Shown piece after piece: positions 48,785 through 61,964 of a DNA stretch of 64,000 nt (its first letter is position 1; every line of letters begins with the position of its first letter). The DNA lies in the NCBI RefSeq assembly GCF_018977255.1, contig NW_024704836.1, positions 1-64,000 on the forward strand, given 5' to 3'. A program made the position numbers and the translations under genes. Under the pieces are notes generated by a model. The model was not told the origin of the DNA, did no database searches, and worked only from the letters and a program-made list of their open reading frames with translations. The DNA is from Callorhinchus milii. Its lineage: Eukaryota.

Positions 48785-49340
48785 TCCTTCTCTCGCAGCG
48801 CAGTAATACACCCCCTCCTGGGTTGGGTTCAAGTTGGAGATCTTCAGGGAGGATTCCTTGTCATCAGTTGTCTTTGTCATATTGTAGCCGGATTCAAAGC
48901 CTTTCTCATACGTTGGAGTTGTCACCACGGCGTATGCGATCAATGTGAGGCCTCCATGATGGGGTTGGAAGTACCAGAGCATTACTTGATAGTCTGTGTC
49001 ATTCTGATAACAATTCAAACTCACTGTCTCCCCCTCTCTGGCTGTGACTGTCCCGGCCACTGAGTCACCAAAGCTCCCAGTGACAGACCTGCAAAGACAA
49101 TATAACATCCATCATCCTGCCCACAGGGAATGTCCTGGTCTGATCCCCGGAATTACATACGTATATGTATATACACATACACACACATACACAGAGCCGG
49201 ATCTTCTCAGACAGACAGAGTGGAGGATGATATGAAATCCGATTGGAATTGGGAGCCTGAGAGGAATTGGGAGACTTTGGGAGATACTCACAGGGCCAGA
49301 GGATGGAGACCAGAGAGACAGTGAGAAAGGACAGACTCAT
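48785..49340 (-). pseudogene. TRBV: V8, 1-nt frameshift in FR1
   Basis: Leader 49292-49340, V exon 48785-49088; TCCCGGCCAC at 49051 lacks one C relative to the V6 sequence; otherwise open with intact RSS. Confidence 0.75.
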
Positions 49341-49950
49341 TGTTGGCAGAGACTTGGATTAACATTGGGAACCTCACACCAGAGCTCAGGTTCCTTTCTC
49401 TCTCTCATATACACTCTTTCTTTAACTCGTTCTTTAACTCTTTCTTTAACACTCACACTCTCTCTTTCTCAGTAACTCTCCCCCTCTATCCTAAATGTTG
49501 TCTCTCTCACTGTATCTCCGTGAAGCTCTGGAAAAGGAAAGGCTCCAATGACACCAAAGTGTCGGCACCATATCGGAAGTGACCTCTCCCCCCCCCCCAC
49601 TCCCCACCCACCTAGTGGGACATTGGTTGGAGAGGAGATGTGGGGGAGTCTTAGTGAAGCTACAGCCTCCCCCAAAGTATGGCCTGGGAGATCATAAAAT
49701 TAGTCGTTGGTTCGGAGACGTAGAGGGAACAGTGTGGAGAGTGGGCGACATGGAGCCGTGGCTACTCCGGCCCTGAACCTCTATTTCTCTCTGTCTCTCA
49801 GTCATGTGTTGTTGAGTTTTATTTCTGCAGAGACTGAGGGCAGGTGTTGGCGGGGGAGGGGCTGGTGTGTGTGTGTGTGTATAGAATCGAGTCGTTGGGT
49901 ATCCCGTGTGAGGTTTATGTACGAGAGATCTGTCTCTCTCTCACACTGTG

Positions 49951-50521
49951 CCCTTCTCTCGCAGCGCAGTAATACACCCCCTCCTGGGCTACGTTCTTGA
50001 TCTCCAAGGAGCAGTTCTTATAGTCATCAGTCTGTGTAATTTTGTAGTCAGGTTTGTCATCCTCAATCGTTGGAGTTGACATAAAACCGTATCCAATCAA
50101 TGTGAGGCCTCCCTGATGGGGTTGGATGTACCAGAGCATCGTATCAAGGGCACTGTCATCCTGGTGACATCTCAAAGTCACTGTCTCCCCCTCTCTGGCT
50201 GTGACTGTCTCCGGCCACTGAGTCACCAAAGCTCCCAGTGACAGACCTGCAAAGACAATATAACATCCATCATCCTGCCCACAGGGAATGTCCTGGTCTG
50301 ATCCCCGGAATGACATACACATACGGGCGCACACACTCACACATACACACATGCACATACACACACATACACAGAGCCAGATATTCTCAGACAGAGAGAG
50401 TGGAGGATGATATCAAAATCCCATTGGAATTGGGAGCCTGAGGGGAATTGAGAGACTTTGGGAGATACTCACAGGGCCATAGGATGGAGATCAGAGAGAT
50501 AGTGAGAAAGGACAGACTCAT
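49951..50521 (-). CDS. TRBV: V9, intact
   Basis: Leader 50473-50521, V exon 49951-50246 open, CACAGTG-23 RSS. Confidence 0.92.
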
Positions 50522-51131
50522 TGTTGGCAGAGACTTGGATTAACATTGAGAACCTCACACCAGAGCTCAGGTTCCTCTCTCTCTCTCCCCCCCCACTGTC
50601 ACACGCCCTCTTTCTGTTTACCTTTCTCAACAACACTCCCCCTCTCTCCTAATGGTTGTCTCCCTCTGTCTCTCACTCTCTCTCTCTCTCTGTATTTGTG
50701 GAATTAAGCTCCAGCAGAGTAAAGGCACCAATGACCCCAAGGTGTCGGTACCACATCGGAAGTGGGTGTCACTCCCGCCCCCCACCGAGGGACATTGGTG
50801 GGAGGTGGAGATGTCTTAGTGAAGCCACAGCCTCCCCCAGGGTCTGGTCCAGGAACTGCAAGTCACAAAATTGGTCCCAGATTCAGAGACAGAGGCACAG
50901 AGGGAACAGTGTGGAGAGTGGGCGAAATGGAGCCGTGGCTACTCCGGCCCTGAACCTCGATTTCTCTCTGTCTCTCAATCATCTGTGTTGATGGGTTTTA
51001 TTTCTGCAGAGACTGAGGGCAGGTGTTGGCGCGGGAGGGGCTGGTGTGTGTGTGTGTGTGTATAGAATCTAGTGGTTGTGTATCCTGTGTGAGGTTTATG
51101 TACGAGAGATCTGTCTCTCTCTCACGCTGTG

Positions 51132-51670
51132 CCCTTCTCTCGCAGCACAGTAATACACCCCCTCCTGGGTTGGGGTCAATCTGGAGATCTCCAAGAAGGA
51201 CTCCTTCCTGTTACTGGTCTGGTTAACTTTGTAGTCAGATTCAAAACCCTTCTCATAGTTTGGGGTTGATGCAGAGACATAAGCGATCAATGTGAGGCCT
51301 CCCTGATGGGGTTGGATGTACCAGAGCATCGTATAAACGGAGCTATCGTCCTGGCGACATCTCAAAGTCACTGTCTCCCCCTCTCTGGCTATGACTGTCC
51401 GCGGCCTCTGAGTCACCAAAGCTCCCAGTGACAGACCTGCAAAGACAATATAACAATGAGATCCCTCCGACAGGGAATCTGGGCTGAATGTCCTGGGGGG
51501 TGTTCAATGGATTACGCACACACACACAAAGCGCAATCATCGCGGACAGAGAGAGGGTGTGATATGAAATCCCTGTGGATTTGAGAGTTTACGGGGAAGA
51601 GAAATGTTGGGAGATACTCACAGGGCCAGAGGATGGAGATCAGAGAGACAGTGAGAAAGGACAGACGCAT
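51132..51670 (-). CDS. TRBV: V10, intact
   Basis: Leader 51622-51670, V exon 51132-51436 open, 23-RSS. Confidence 0.92.
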
Positions 51671-52550
51671 TGTTGGCAGAGACTTGGATTAACATTGGGA
51701 ACCTCACACCAGAGCTCAGGTTCCTCTCTCTGTCACTGTCTCTCTGTCTCTCCCTCTCTCTATGTCTCTGGAATGAAGCTCTGACAGAGTAAAGTCTGCA
51801 CCACATCGGAAGTGGGCCTCACCTCCCCCCAGTGATGGGAGGTGGAGCTGGGGAGGAGGGGAGGTGTCCTAGTGAAGCTACAGCCTCCCCCAGGGTATGA
51901 ACTGGGTACAGCGGGTCCCAAAATTGGTTCCAAATTCAGAGATAGAAATACAGATGCATCTGGAATGCGTTGCCTGAAAGGCTGGTGGAAGCCCATTCGA
52001 TAACAGCTTTTATGAGAGAAGCAGAGGATTTGGGGAGGACAAGTTTGCAGGTTATGGGGTGAGAGGGGGGGAGTGGGGTTGAATTGGAAGCTCTTTTCAA
52101 AGACCGGCACAGACACAATGAGCCGAATGGCCTCCATGTGCGCTGTATAATTCTACGATTCTACATCGGAAGTGGGTCTCGTGCCCCACCCACCAGTGGG
52201 GCATTGGTGGGAGGTTTGAGATGTGGGGAAAGGGAAGCCTTTTAGTGAAGTTACAGCCTCCCCCGGGGTATTGGTCAGGAACACGAGATCACAAAATTGG
52301 TCCCAGATTCAGACTCAGAGACACAGAGGGAACAGTGGGCGACATGGAGCCGTGGCGACTCCGGCCCTGAACCTTTATTTCTCTCTGTCTCTCAATCGGC
52401 TGTGTTGATGGATTTTATTTCCACAGAGAGTGAGGGCAGGTGTTGGTGGGGGAGGGACTGGTGTGTGTGTGTGTGTGTGTATAGAATCGAGTCGTTGTGT
52501 ATCCTGTGTGAGGTTTATGTATGACAGATCTGTCTCTCTCTCACGCTGTG

Positions 52551-53089
52551 CCCTTCTCTCGTAGCGCAGTAATACACCCCCTCCTGGGTTGGGTTGATGT
52601 TGGAGATCTCCAGGGTGGAGTTCATGTTGTCAGGTGTCTTGGTAATGTTGTAGCCGGATTTAAACTTGTCCTCATATTCGGTTGAGAATCGGTTATATCC
52701 GATCAATGTGAGGCCTCCCTGATGGGGTTGGATGTACCAGAGCATTGTAATGTCAGTACTGGCAGTATTGTCCTGGTGACAATTCAAAGTCACTGTCTCC
52801 CCCTCTCTGGCTGTGACTGTCCGCGGCCACTGAGTCACCAAAGCTCCCAGTGACAGACCTGCAAAGACAATATAACAATGAGATCCCTCCAACAGGGAAT
52901 CTGAGCTGAATGTCCTGGCGGGTGTTCAATGGATTATGCACACACACAAAGCGCAATCATCGCGGAGAGAGAGAGGTGTGATATGAAATCCCTGTGGATT
53001 TGAGAGTTTACGGGGATGAGAGACGTTGGGAGATACTCACAGGGCCAGAGGATGGGGATCAGAGAGACAGTGAGAAAGGACAGACACAT
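52551..53089 (-). CDS. TRBV: V11, intact
   Basis: Leader 53041-53089, V exon 52551-52858 open, 23-RSS. Confidence 0.92.
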
Positions 53090-53729
53090 TGTTGGCAGAG
53101 ACTTGGATTAACGTTGGGAACCTCACACCAGAGCTCAGGTTCCTCTCACTATCTGTGTCTCTCTTCTAAGGCTTAAAAGCTTCTAAGGGAGAAGCAAATA
53201 ACTATTTGGGGAGGACAAGTTTGCAGGTTATGGGGAGAGAGTGGGGGAGTGGGGTCGAATTGGAAGCTCTTTTCAAAGACCGGCACAGACACGATGAGCC
53301 GAATGGTCTCCATCTGCGCTGTATAATTCTATTCGATTCTACATCGGAAGTGGGTCTTGTGCCCCACCCACCAGTGGGGCATTGGTGGGAGGTTTGAGAT
53401 GAGGGGAAAGGGAAGCCTTTTAGTGAAGTTACAGCCTCCCCCGGGGTATTGGTCAGGAACACGAGATCACAAAATTGGTCCCAGATTCAGATTCAGAGAC
53501 ACAGAGGGAACAGTGAGGAGAGTGGGTGACATGGAGCTGTGGCTACTCCGGCCCTGAACCTCGATTTCTCTCTGTCTCTCAATCGTCTGTGTCGATGGGT
53601 TTTATTTCCGCAGAGACTGAGGGCAGGTGTTGGCGGGGGAGGGGCTGGTGTGTGTGTGTATAGAATCGAGTCGTTGTGTATCCTGTGTGAGGTTTATGTA
53701 CGAGAGGTCTGTCTCTCTCTCACGCTGTG

Positions 53730-54266
53730 CCCTTCTCTCGCAGCGCAGTAATACACCCCCTCCTGGGTTGCCTTCTTGATCTCCAGGGAACAGTTCTTAT
53801 AGTCGTCTGTCTGTTTAACTTCGTAGTCAAGTTTGTAAGCATCCTCCATCGTTGGGTTTGACGCAAAACCGTATCCAATCAATGTGAGGCCTCCCTGATG
53901 GGGTTGGAGGTACCACAGCATTGTTTGATAGGCTGTGTCCTTCTGGTGACAATTCAAAGTCACTGTCTCCCCCTCTCTGGCTGTGACTGTCCGCGGCAAC
54001 TGAGTCACCAAAGCTCCCAGTGACAGACCTGCAAAGACAATATAACATCAGGTCATCCTGCCCACAGGGAATGTTCTGGTCTGATTCCCGGAATGACACA
54101 CACACACAAACTCACATTCACACAAACACATCCCTCAAACAGAAAGAGGGTTTGGATATGAAATCCCAATGGCTTTGGGACCCTGAAGGGAATTGAGAGA
54201 TGTTGAGAGATACTCACAGGGCCAGAGGATGGAGATCAGAGAGACAGTGAGAAAGGACAGACTCAT
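53730..54266 (-). CDS. TRBV: V12, intact
   Basis: Leader 54218-54266, V exon 53730-54028 open, 23-RSS. Confidence 0.92.
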
Positions 54267-55143
54267 TGTTGGCAGAGACTTGGATTAACAATGGGAACCT
54301 CACACCAGAGCTCAGGTTCCTCTCTCTATCTGCGTCTCTCTGTCTCTCCCTCTCTCTATGTCTCTGGAATGAGGCTCTGACAGAGTAAAGTCTGCACCAC
54401 ATCGGAAGTGGGCCTCACCTCCCCCCAGTGATGGGAGGTGGAGCTGGGGAGGAGGGGAGGTATCTTAGTGAAGCTACAGCCTCCCCCAGGGTATGAACTG
54501 GGTACAGCGGGTCCCAAGATTGGCTCCAAATTCAGAGATAGGAATACAGATGCATCTGGAATGCGTTGCCTGAAAGGCTGGTGGAAGCCCATTCGATAAC
54601 AGCTTTTATGAGACCAGTAGATACCTATTTGGGGAGGACAAGTTTGCAGGTTATAGGGAGAGAGCGGGGGAGTGGGGTCGAATTGGAAGCTCTTTTCAAA
54701 GACCGGCACAGACACGATGAGCCGAATGGCCTCCATCTGCGCTGTATAATTCTGTGATTCTACATCGGTCTCGTGCCCCACCCGCCAGTGGGGCATTGGT
54801 GGGAGGTTTGAGATGTGGGGAAAGGGAAGCCTTTTAGTGAAGTTACAGCCTCCCCCGGGGTATTGGTCAGGAACACGAGATCACAAAATTGGTCCCAGAT
54901 TCAGACTCTAGAGACACAGAGGGAACAGTGTGGAGAGTGGGCGACATGGAGCTGTGGCTACTCCGGCCCTGAACCTCGATTTCTCTCTGTCCTCAATCGT
55001 CTGTGTTGATGGGTTTTATTTCTGCGGAGACTGAGGGCAGGTGTTGGTGGGGGAGGGGCTGGTGTGTGTGTGTACAGAATCGAGTCGTTGTGTATCCTGT
55101 GTGAGGTTTATGTACGAGAGATCTGTCTCTCTCTCACGCTGTG

Positions 55144-55712
55144 CCCTTCTCTCGCAGCGCAGTAATACACCCCCTCCTGGGTTGGGTTCATGTTGGTGAT
55201 CTCCAGGGTGGAGTTCATGTTGTCAGGTGTCTTGGTAATGTTGTAGCCGGATTTAAACTTGTCCTCATATACGGTTGAGAGTTCGTTATATCCAATCAAT
55301 GTGAGGCCTCCCTGATGGGGTTGGATGTACCAGAGCATCATTTTAAGGGATTTGTCGTTGTGGCTACATCTCAAACTCACAGTCTCCCCCTCTCTGGCTG
55401 TGACTGTCCGCGGCCACTGAGTCACCAAAGCTCCCAGTGACAGACCTGCAAAGACAATATAACATCCATCATCCTGCCCACGAGAAGGTCCTAGTCTGAT
55501 CCTCGGAATTACATACACATACGGGCGCACACACTCACACATACACACATACACACACATACACAGAGCCGGATCCTCTCAGACAGAGAGAGGAGAGGAT
55601 GATATGTAATCCCAGTGTATTTGGGAGCCTGAGGGGAATTGAGATTCTTTGGGAGATACTCACAGGGCCATAGGATGGAGATCAGAGAGACAGTGAGAAA
55701 GGACAGACTCAT
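55144..55712 (-). CDS. TRBV: V13, intact
   Basis: Leader 55664-55712, V exon 55144-55445 open, 23-RSS. Confidence 0.92.
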
Positions 55713-56325
55713 TGTTGGCAGAGACTTGGATTAACCTTGAGAACCTCACACCAGAACTCAAGTTCCTCTCTCTCTCTCAGATACACTCTTTCTTTAACAC
55801 TGACACTCTCTCTTTCGAGTTAACTTTCTCAATAATTCTCCGCTTCAATCCTAAACGTTGTCTCTCTCACTCTTATCTCTGTGGAATGAAGCTCTGGAAA
55901 GGAAAAGGCTCACATGACACCAAAGTGTCGGCACCACAACGGAAGTGGCCTTCCCCCCCACTCCCCACCCACGTTGTGGGACATTGGTTGGAGAGGAGAT
56001 ATGGGGGAGTGGGTTTGTCTTAGTGGAGCTACAGCCTCCACCAAAGTATAGCCTGGGAACAAGAGGTCATAAAATTAGTCGTTGCATCGGAGACGTAGAG
56101 TGAACAGTGTGGAGAGTGGGCGACATGGAGCCGTGGCTACTCCGGCCCTGAACCTCTATTTCTCTCTGTCTCACAATCGTCTGTGTTGATGGGTTTTATT
56201 TCTGCGGAGACTGAGGGCAGGTGTTGGTGGGGGAGGGGCTGGTGTGTGTGTGTGTATAGAATCGAGTCGTTGTGTATCCTGTGTGAGGTTTATGTACGAG
56301 AGATCTGTCTCTCTCTCACGCTGTG

Positions 56326-56888
56326 CCCTTCTCTCGCAGCGCAGTAATACACCCCCTCCTGGGTTGGGTTCATGCTGGTGATCTCCAGGGTGGAGTTCAT
56401 GTTGTCGGGTGTTGTGGTAATGTTGTAGTCAGGTCTCTCATGCGTTATCACTGAGTAAACGCCATACCCGATCAATGTGAGGCCTCCCTGATGGGGTTGG
56501 AGGTACCAGAGCATCGTATTAAGGGAGCTGTCATCCTGGTGACAATTCAAAGTCACTGTCTCCCCCTCTCTGGCTGTGACTGTCCGCGGCCACTGAGTCA
56601 CCAAAGCTCCCAGTGACAGACCTGCAAAGGCAATATAACATCCATCATCCTGTCCACGAGAAGGTCCTAGTCTGATTCCCAGAATTACATACACATACGG
56701 GCGCACACACTCACACATATACACATACACATACATACACAGAGTCAGATCTTCTCAGACAGAGAGAGTGGAGGATGATATGAAATCCCAGTGGAATTGG
56801 GCACCTGAGGGGAATTGAGAGATGTTGAGAGATACTCACAAGGCCATAGGATGGAGATCAGAGACATAGTGAGAAAGGACAGACTCAT
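56326..56888 (-). CDS. TRBV: V14, intact
   Basis: Leader 56840-56888, V exon 56326-56621 open, 23-RSS. Confidence 0.92.
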
Positions 56889-57967
56889 TGTTGGCAGAGA
56901 CTTGGATTAACATTGGGATCCTCACACCTCAGTTCTCTCTTCCTCCCTCTTTATCCTCACACGCGGTCACACACTGTATCTCACACTCTTTTTATCTCTC
57001 ACATCGACTCTCTCTATCTCTCTCTGACTCTTTTTTTTCTGTGGACTGAAGCTCTGACGGATTGAATGCACCAATGACACCAAAGTATTTGAAGCATTTC
57101 ACAACCCCCAACCTCCACCCCCACCCCGTGGGATGGGAGAGTGAATCAGTGACGCTGCAGCCTCCCCTCGGGGATAGACTTGTAACTACAGAGTGCAAAG
57201 TTTTTCCCAATTTTAGATATGGAGACCTGGAGAAGATACGCTGTAGGAAGTTGGCTCAATGGAGGCAGGGAGATGGTTAGTATTGTGTGTTTGTGTGCGT
57301 TCGACATGAGGCAGTTACTACTGTGTGTGTATTGGGGAGTTGGAATTAGACAGAGAAGAGTCAGGGAAAGTTAAGCACTCATGTTGGTGACTATGGAAGG
57401 GAAGTGTGAATGATAATTATCTGTGTGGCAGGCGATAGGCAGTGAGGGGGTTAATTCAATGTGATTTTGTAGATGCAGTCGGGGACCGTCTTATCTTTTT
57501 GTGTCGGTGTCTCAGAAGGTGTGAGAGACAGACCCACCCCATGTTTGCCGGCCATGAAGACCCATGAAGGCGCTGAGTAAACCCCAGTTCTTGTTGGCTT
57601 TGAGTTGGAGAGTCAGTGAGTTTGGGAGTCAGTGTGTGTGAGTGTGAGAGTGTCAGTGAGGCAGTGAGTGTGTGAGTGAGTCGGTGGGTGTGTGTGTTCC
57701 CCGCACTGACTGCTTTAATCGGGGACAGAGACAGAGACACAGAGGGAACAGTGTGGAGAGTGGGCGACATGGAGCCGTGGCTACTCCGGCCCTGAACCTC
57801 GATTTCTCTCTGTCTCTCAATCGTCTGTGTTGATAGATTTTATTTCTGCAGAGACTGAGGGCAGGTGTTGGCGCGGGAGGGGCTGGTGTGTGTGTGTATA
57901 GAATCGAGTGGTTGTGTATCCTGTGTGAGGTTTATGTACGAGAGATCTGTCTCTCTCTCACGCTGTG

Positions 57968-58538
57968 CCCTTCTCTCGCAGCGCAGTAATACACCCCCTC
58001 CTGGGTTGGGTTCATGCTGGAGATCTCCAGGGATGATTTATTTTTGTCATTACTCTGTGTAATGTTGTAACCAGATTCAAAGCCTTTCTCATACGTTGGG
58101 TTTGACAAATAACCGTATCCGATCAATGTGAGGCCTCCCTGATGGGGTTGGATGTACCAGAGCATCATATTAAGGGATTTGTCGTTGTGGCTACATCTCA
58201 AAGTCACTGTCTCCCCCTCTCTGGCTGTGACTGTCCGCGGCCTCTGAGTCACCAAAGCTCCCAGTGACAGACCTGCAAAGACAATATAACATCCGTCATC
58301 CTGACCACAGGGAATGTCCTGGTCTGATCCTCGGAATTACATACACATACGGGCGCACACACTCACACATACACATACACACACATACACAGAGCCGGAT
58401 CTTCTCAGACAAAGAGAGGGGAGGATGATATGAAATCCCAGTGTATTTGGGAGCCTGAGGGGAATTGAGAGATGTTGAGAGATACTCACAGGGCCATAGG
58501 ATGGAGATCAGAGAGACAGTGAGAAAGGACAGACTCAT
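57968..58538 (-). CDS. TRBV: V15, intact
   Basis: Leader 58490-58538, V exon 57968-58272 open, 23-RSS. Confidence 0.92.
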
Positions 58539-59417
58539 TGTTGGCAGAGACTTGGATTAACTTTGGGAACCTCACACCAGAGCACAGGTTCCTCTCTCTA
58601 TCTGTGTCTCTCTGTCTCTCCCTCTCTCTATGTCTCTGGAATGAAGCTCTGACAGAGTAAAGTCTGCACCACATCGGAAGTGGACCTCACCTCCCCCCAG
58701 TGATGGGAGGTGGAGCTGGGGAGGAGGGGAGGTGTCTTAGTGAAGCTACAGCCTCCCCCAGGGTATGAACTGGGTACAGCGGGTCCCAAAATTGGTTCCA
58801 AATTCAGAGATAGAGACACAGATGCATCTGGAATGCGTTGCCTGAAAGGCTGGTGGAAGCCCATTCGATAGCAGCTTTTATGAGAGAAGCAGAGGATTTG
58901 GGGAGGACAAGTTTGCAGGTTATGGGGTGAGAGGGGGGGAGTGGGGTCGAATTGGAAGCTCTTTTCAACAACCGGCACAGACACGATGAGCCGAATGGCC
59001 TCCATGTGCGCTGTATAATTCTACGATTCGACATCGGAAGTGGGTCTCGTGCCCCACCCACTAGTGGGGCATTGGTGGGAGGTTTGAGATGAGGTGAAAG
59101 GGAAGCCTTTTCGTGAAGTTACAGCCTCCCCCGGGGTATTGGTCAGGAACACGAGATCACTAAATTGGTCCCAGATTCAGAGACACAGAGGGAACAGTGT
59201 GGAGAGTGGGCGACATGGAGCCGTGGCTACTCCGGCCCTGAACCTCGATTTCTCTCTGTCTCTCAATCGTCTGTGTTGATGGGTTTTATTTCTGCAGAGA
59301 CTGAGGGCAGGTGTTGGTGGGGGAGGGGCTGGTGTGTGTGTGTGTGTATAGAATCGAGTCGTTGTGTATCCTGTGTGAGGTTTATGTACGAGAGATCTGT
59401 CTCTCTCTCACGCTGTG

Positions 59418-59952
59418 CCCTTCTCTCGCAGCGCAGTAATACACCCCCTCCTGGGTTGGGTTGATGTTGGTGATCTCCAGGGTGGAGTTCATGTTGTCCG
59501 GTGTCTTGGTAATGTTGTAGCCGGATTTAAACTTGTCCTCATATACGGTTGAATATTGGTTATATCCGATCAATGTGAGGCCTCCCTGATGGGGTTGGAG
59601 GTACCAGAGCATTATTAAATAGTCTTTGTTATTCTGGTGACAATTCAAACTCACTGTCTCCCCCTCTCTGGCTGTGACTGTCCGCGGCCTCTGAGTCACC
59701 AAAGCTCCCAGTGACAGACCTGCAAAGACAATATAACAGTTAGATCCGCCGACAGGGAATCTGGGCTGAATGTCCTGGGGGGTGTTCAATGGATTACGCA
59801 CACACACAAAGCGCGATCATCGCGGACCGAGAGAGGATGTGATATGAAATCCGTGTGGATTTGAGAGTTTACGGGGATGAGAGAGATGTTGAGAGATACT
59901 CACAGGGCCAGAGGATGGAGATCAGAGAGACAGTGAGAAAGGATAGACTCAT
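59418..59952 (-). CDS. TRBV: V16, intact
   Basis: Leader 59904-59952, V exon 59418-59719 open, 23-RSS. Confidence 0.92.
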
Positions 59953-60825
59953 TCTTCGCAGAGACTTGGATTAACATTGGGAACCTCACACCAGAGCTCA
60001 GGTTCCTCTCTCTGTCACTGTCTCTCTGTCTCTCCCTCTCTCTGTATCTCTGGAATGAAGCTCTGACAGAGTAAAGTCTGCACGACTTCGGAAGTGGGCC
60101 TCACCTCCCCCCAGTGATGGGAGGTGGAGCTGGGGAGGAGGGGAGGTGTCTTAGTGAAGCTACAGCCTCCCCCGGGGTATGAACTGGGTACAGCGGGTCC
60201 CAAAATTGGTTCCAAATTCAGAGATAGACACACAGATGCATCTGGAATGCGTTGCCTGAAAGGCTGGTGGAAGCCCATTCGATAACAGCTTTTATGAGAC
60301 AAGTAGATACCTATTTGGGGAGGACAAGTTTGCAGGTTATGGGGTGAGGGGGGGAGTGGGGTTGAATTGGAAGCTCTTTTCAAAGACCGGCACAGACACG
60401 ATGAGCCGAATGGCCTCCATCTGCGCTGTATAATCCTGTGATTCTACATCGGTCTCGTGCCCCACCCACCAGTGGGGCATTGGTGGGAGGTTTGAGATGT
60501 GGGGAAAGGGAAGCCTTTTAGTGAAGTTACAGCCTCCCCCGGGGTATTGGTCAGGAACACGAGATCACAAAATTGGTCCCAGATTCAGAGACACAGAGGG
60601 AACAGTGTGGAGAGTGGGCGACATGGAGCCGTGGCTACTCCGGCCCTGAACCTCTGTTTCTCTCTGTCTCTCAATCGTCTGTGTTGATGGGTTTTATTTC
60701 TGCAGAGACTGAGGGCAGGTGTTGGCGAGGGAGGGGCTGGTGTGTGTGTGTGTGTATAGAATCGAGTGGTTGTGTATCCTGTGTGAGGTTTATGTACGAG
60801 AGATCTGTCTCTCTCTCACGCTGTG

Positions 60826-61363
60826 CCCTTCTCTCGCAGCGCAGTAATACACCCCCTCCTGGGTTGGGTTCATGTTGGAGATCTCCAGGGATGATTTCTT
60901 CTTGTCATTACTCTGTGTAATGTTGTAACCAGATTCAAAGCCTTTCTCATACGTTGGGTTTGACATAAAGGCATATCCGATCAATGTGAGGCCTCCCTGA
61001 TGGCGTTGGATGTACCAGAGCATCATATCAAGGGATTTGTCGTTGTGGCTACATTTCAAACTCACTGTCTCCCCCTCTCTGGCTGTGACTGTCCGCGGCC
61101 TCTGAGTCACCAAAGCTCCCAGTGACAGACCTGCAAAGACAATATAACAATGAGATCCCGCCGACAGGGAATCTGGGCTGAATGTCCTGGGGGGTGTTCA
61201 ATGGATTACGCACACACACAAAGCGCGATCATCGCGGACAGAGAGAGGTGTGATATGAAATCCCTGTGGATTTGAGAGTTTACGGGGATGAGAGAGATGT
61301 GGAGAGATACTCACAGGGCCAGAGGATGGAGATCAGAGAGACAGTGAGAAAGGACAGACTCAT
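60826..61363 (-). CDS. TRBV: V17, intact
   Basis: Leader 61315-61363, V exon 60826-61130 open, 23-RSS. Confidence 0.92.
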
Positions 61364-61964
61364 TGTTGGCAGAGACTTGGATTAACATTGGGAACCTCAC
61401 ACCAGAGCTCAGGTTCCTCTCTCTCTCACATACTCTCACTCTTTAACACTCACACTCTCTCTTTCGGGTTAACTTTCTCAATAACTCTCCACCTCAATCC
61501 TAACCGTTGTCTCTCTCACTCTATCTCTGCGGAATGAAGCTCTGGAAAAGGAAAGTCTCCAATGACACCAAAGTGTCGGCACCACAACGGAAGTGGCCTC
61601 TCCCCCCACCCACCTTGTGGGACATTGGTTAGAGAGGAGATGTGGCGGAGTGGGGATGTCTTAGTGAAGCTACAGCCTCCACCAAAGTATGGCCTGGGAA
61701 CAGTTGCTCATAAAATTAGTCGTTGGTTCGGAGACGTAGAGTGAACAGTGTGGAGAGTGGGCGACATGGAGCCGTGGCTACTCCGGCCCTGAACCTCGAT
61801 TTCTCTCTGTCTCTCAATCGTCTGTGTTGATGGGTTTTATTTCTGCAGAGACTGAGGGCAGGTGTTGGCGGGGGAGGGGTTGGTGTGTGTGTGTATAGAA
61901 TCGAGTGGTTGTGTATCCTGTGTGAGGTTTATGTACGAGAGATCTGTCTCTCTCTCACGCTGTG

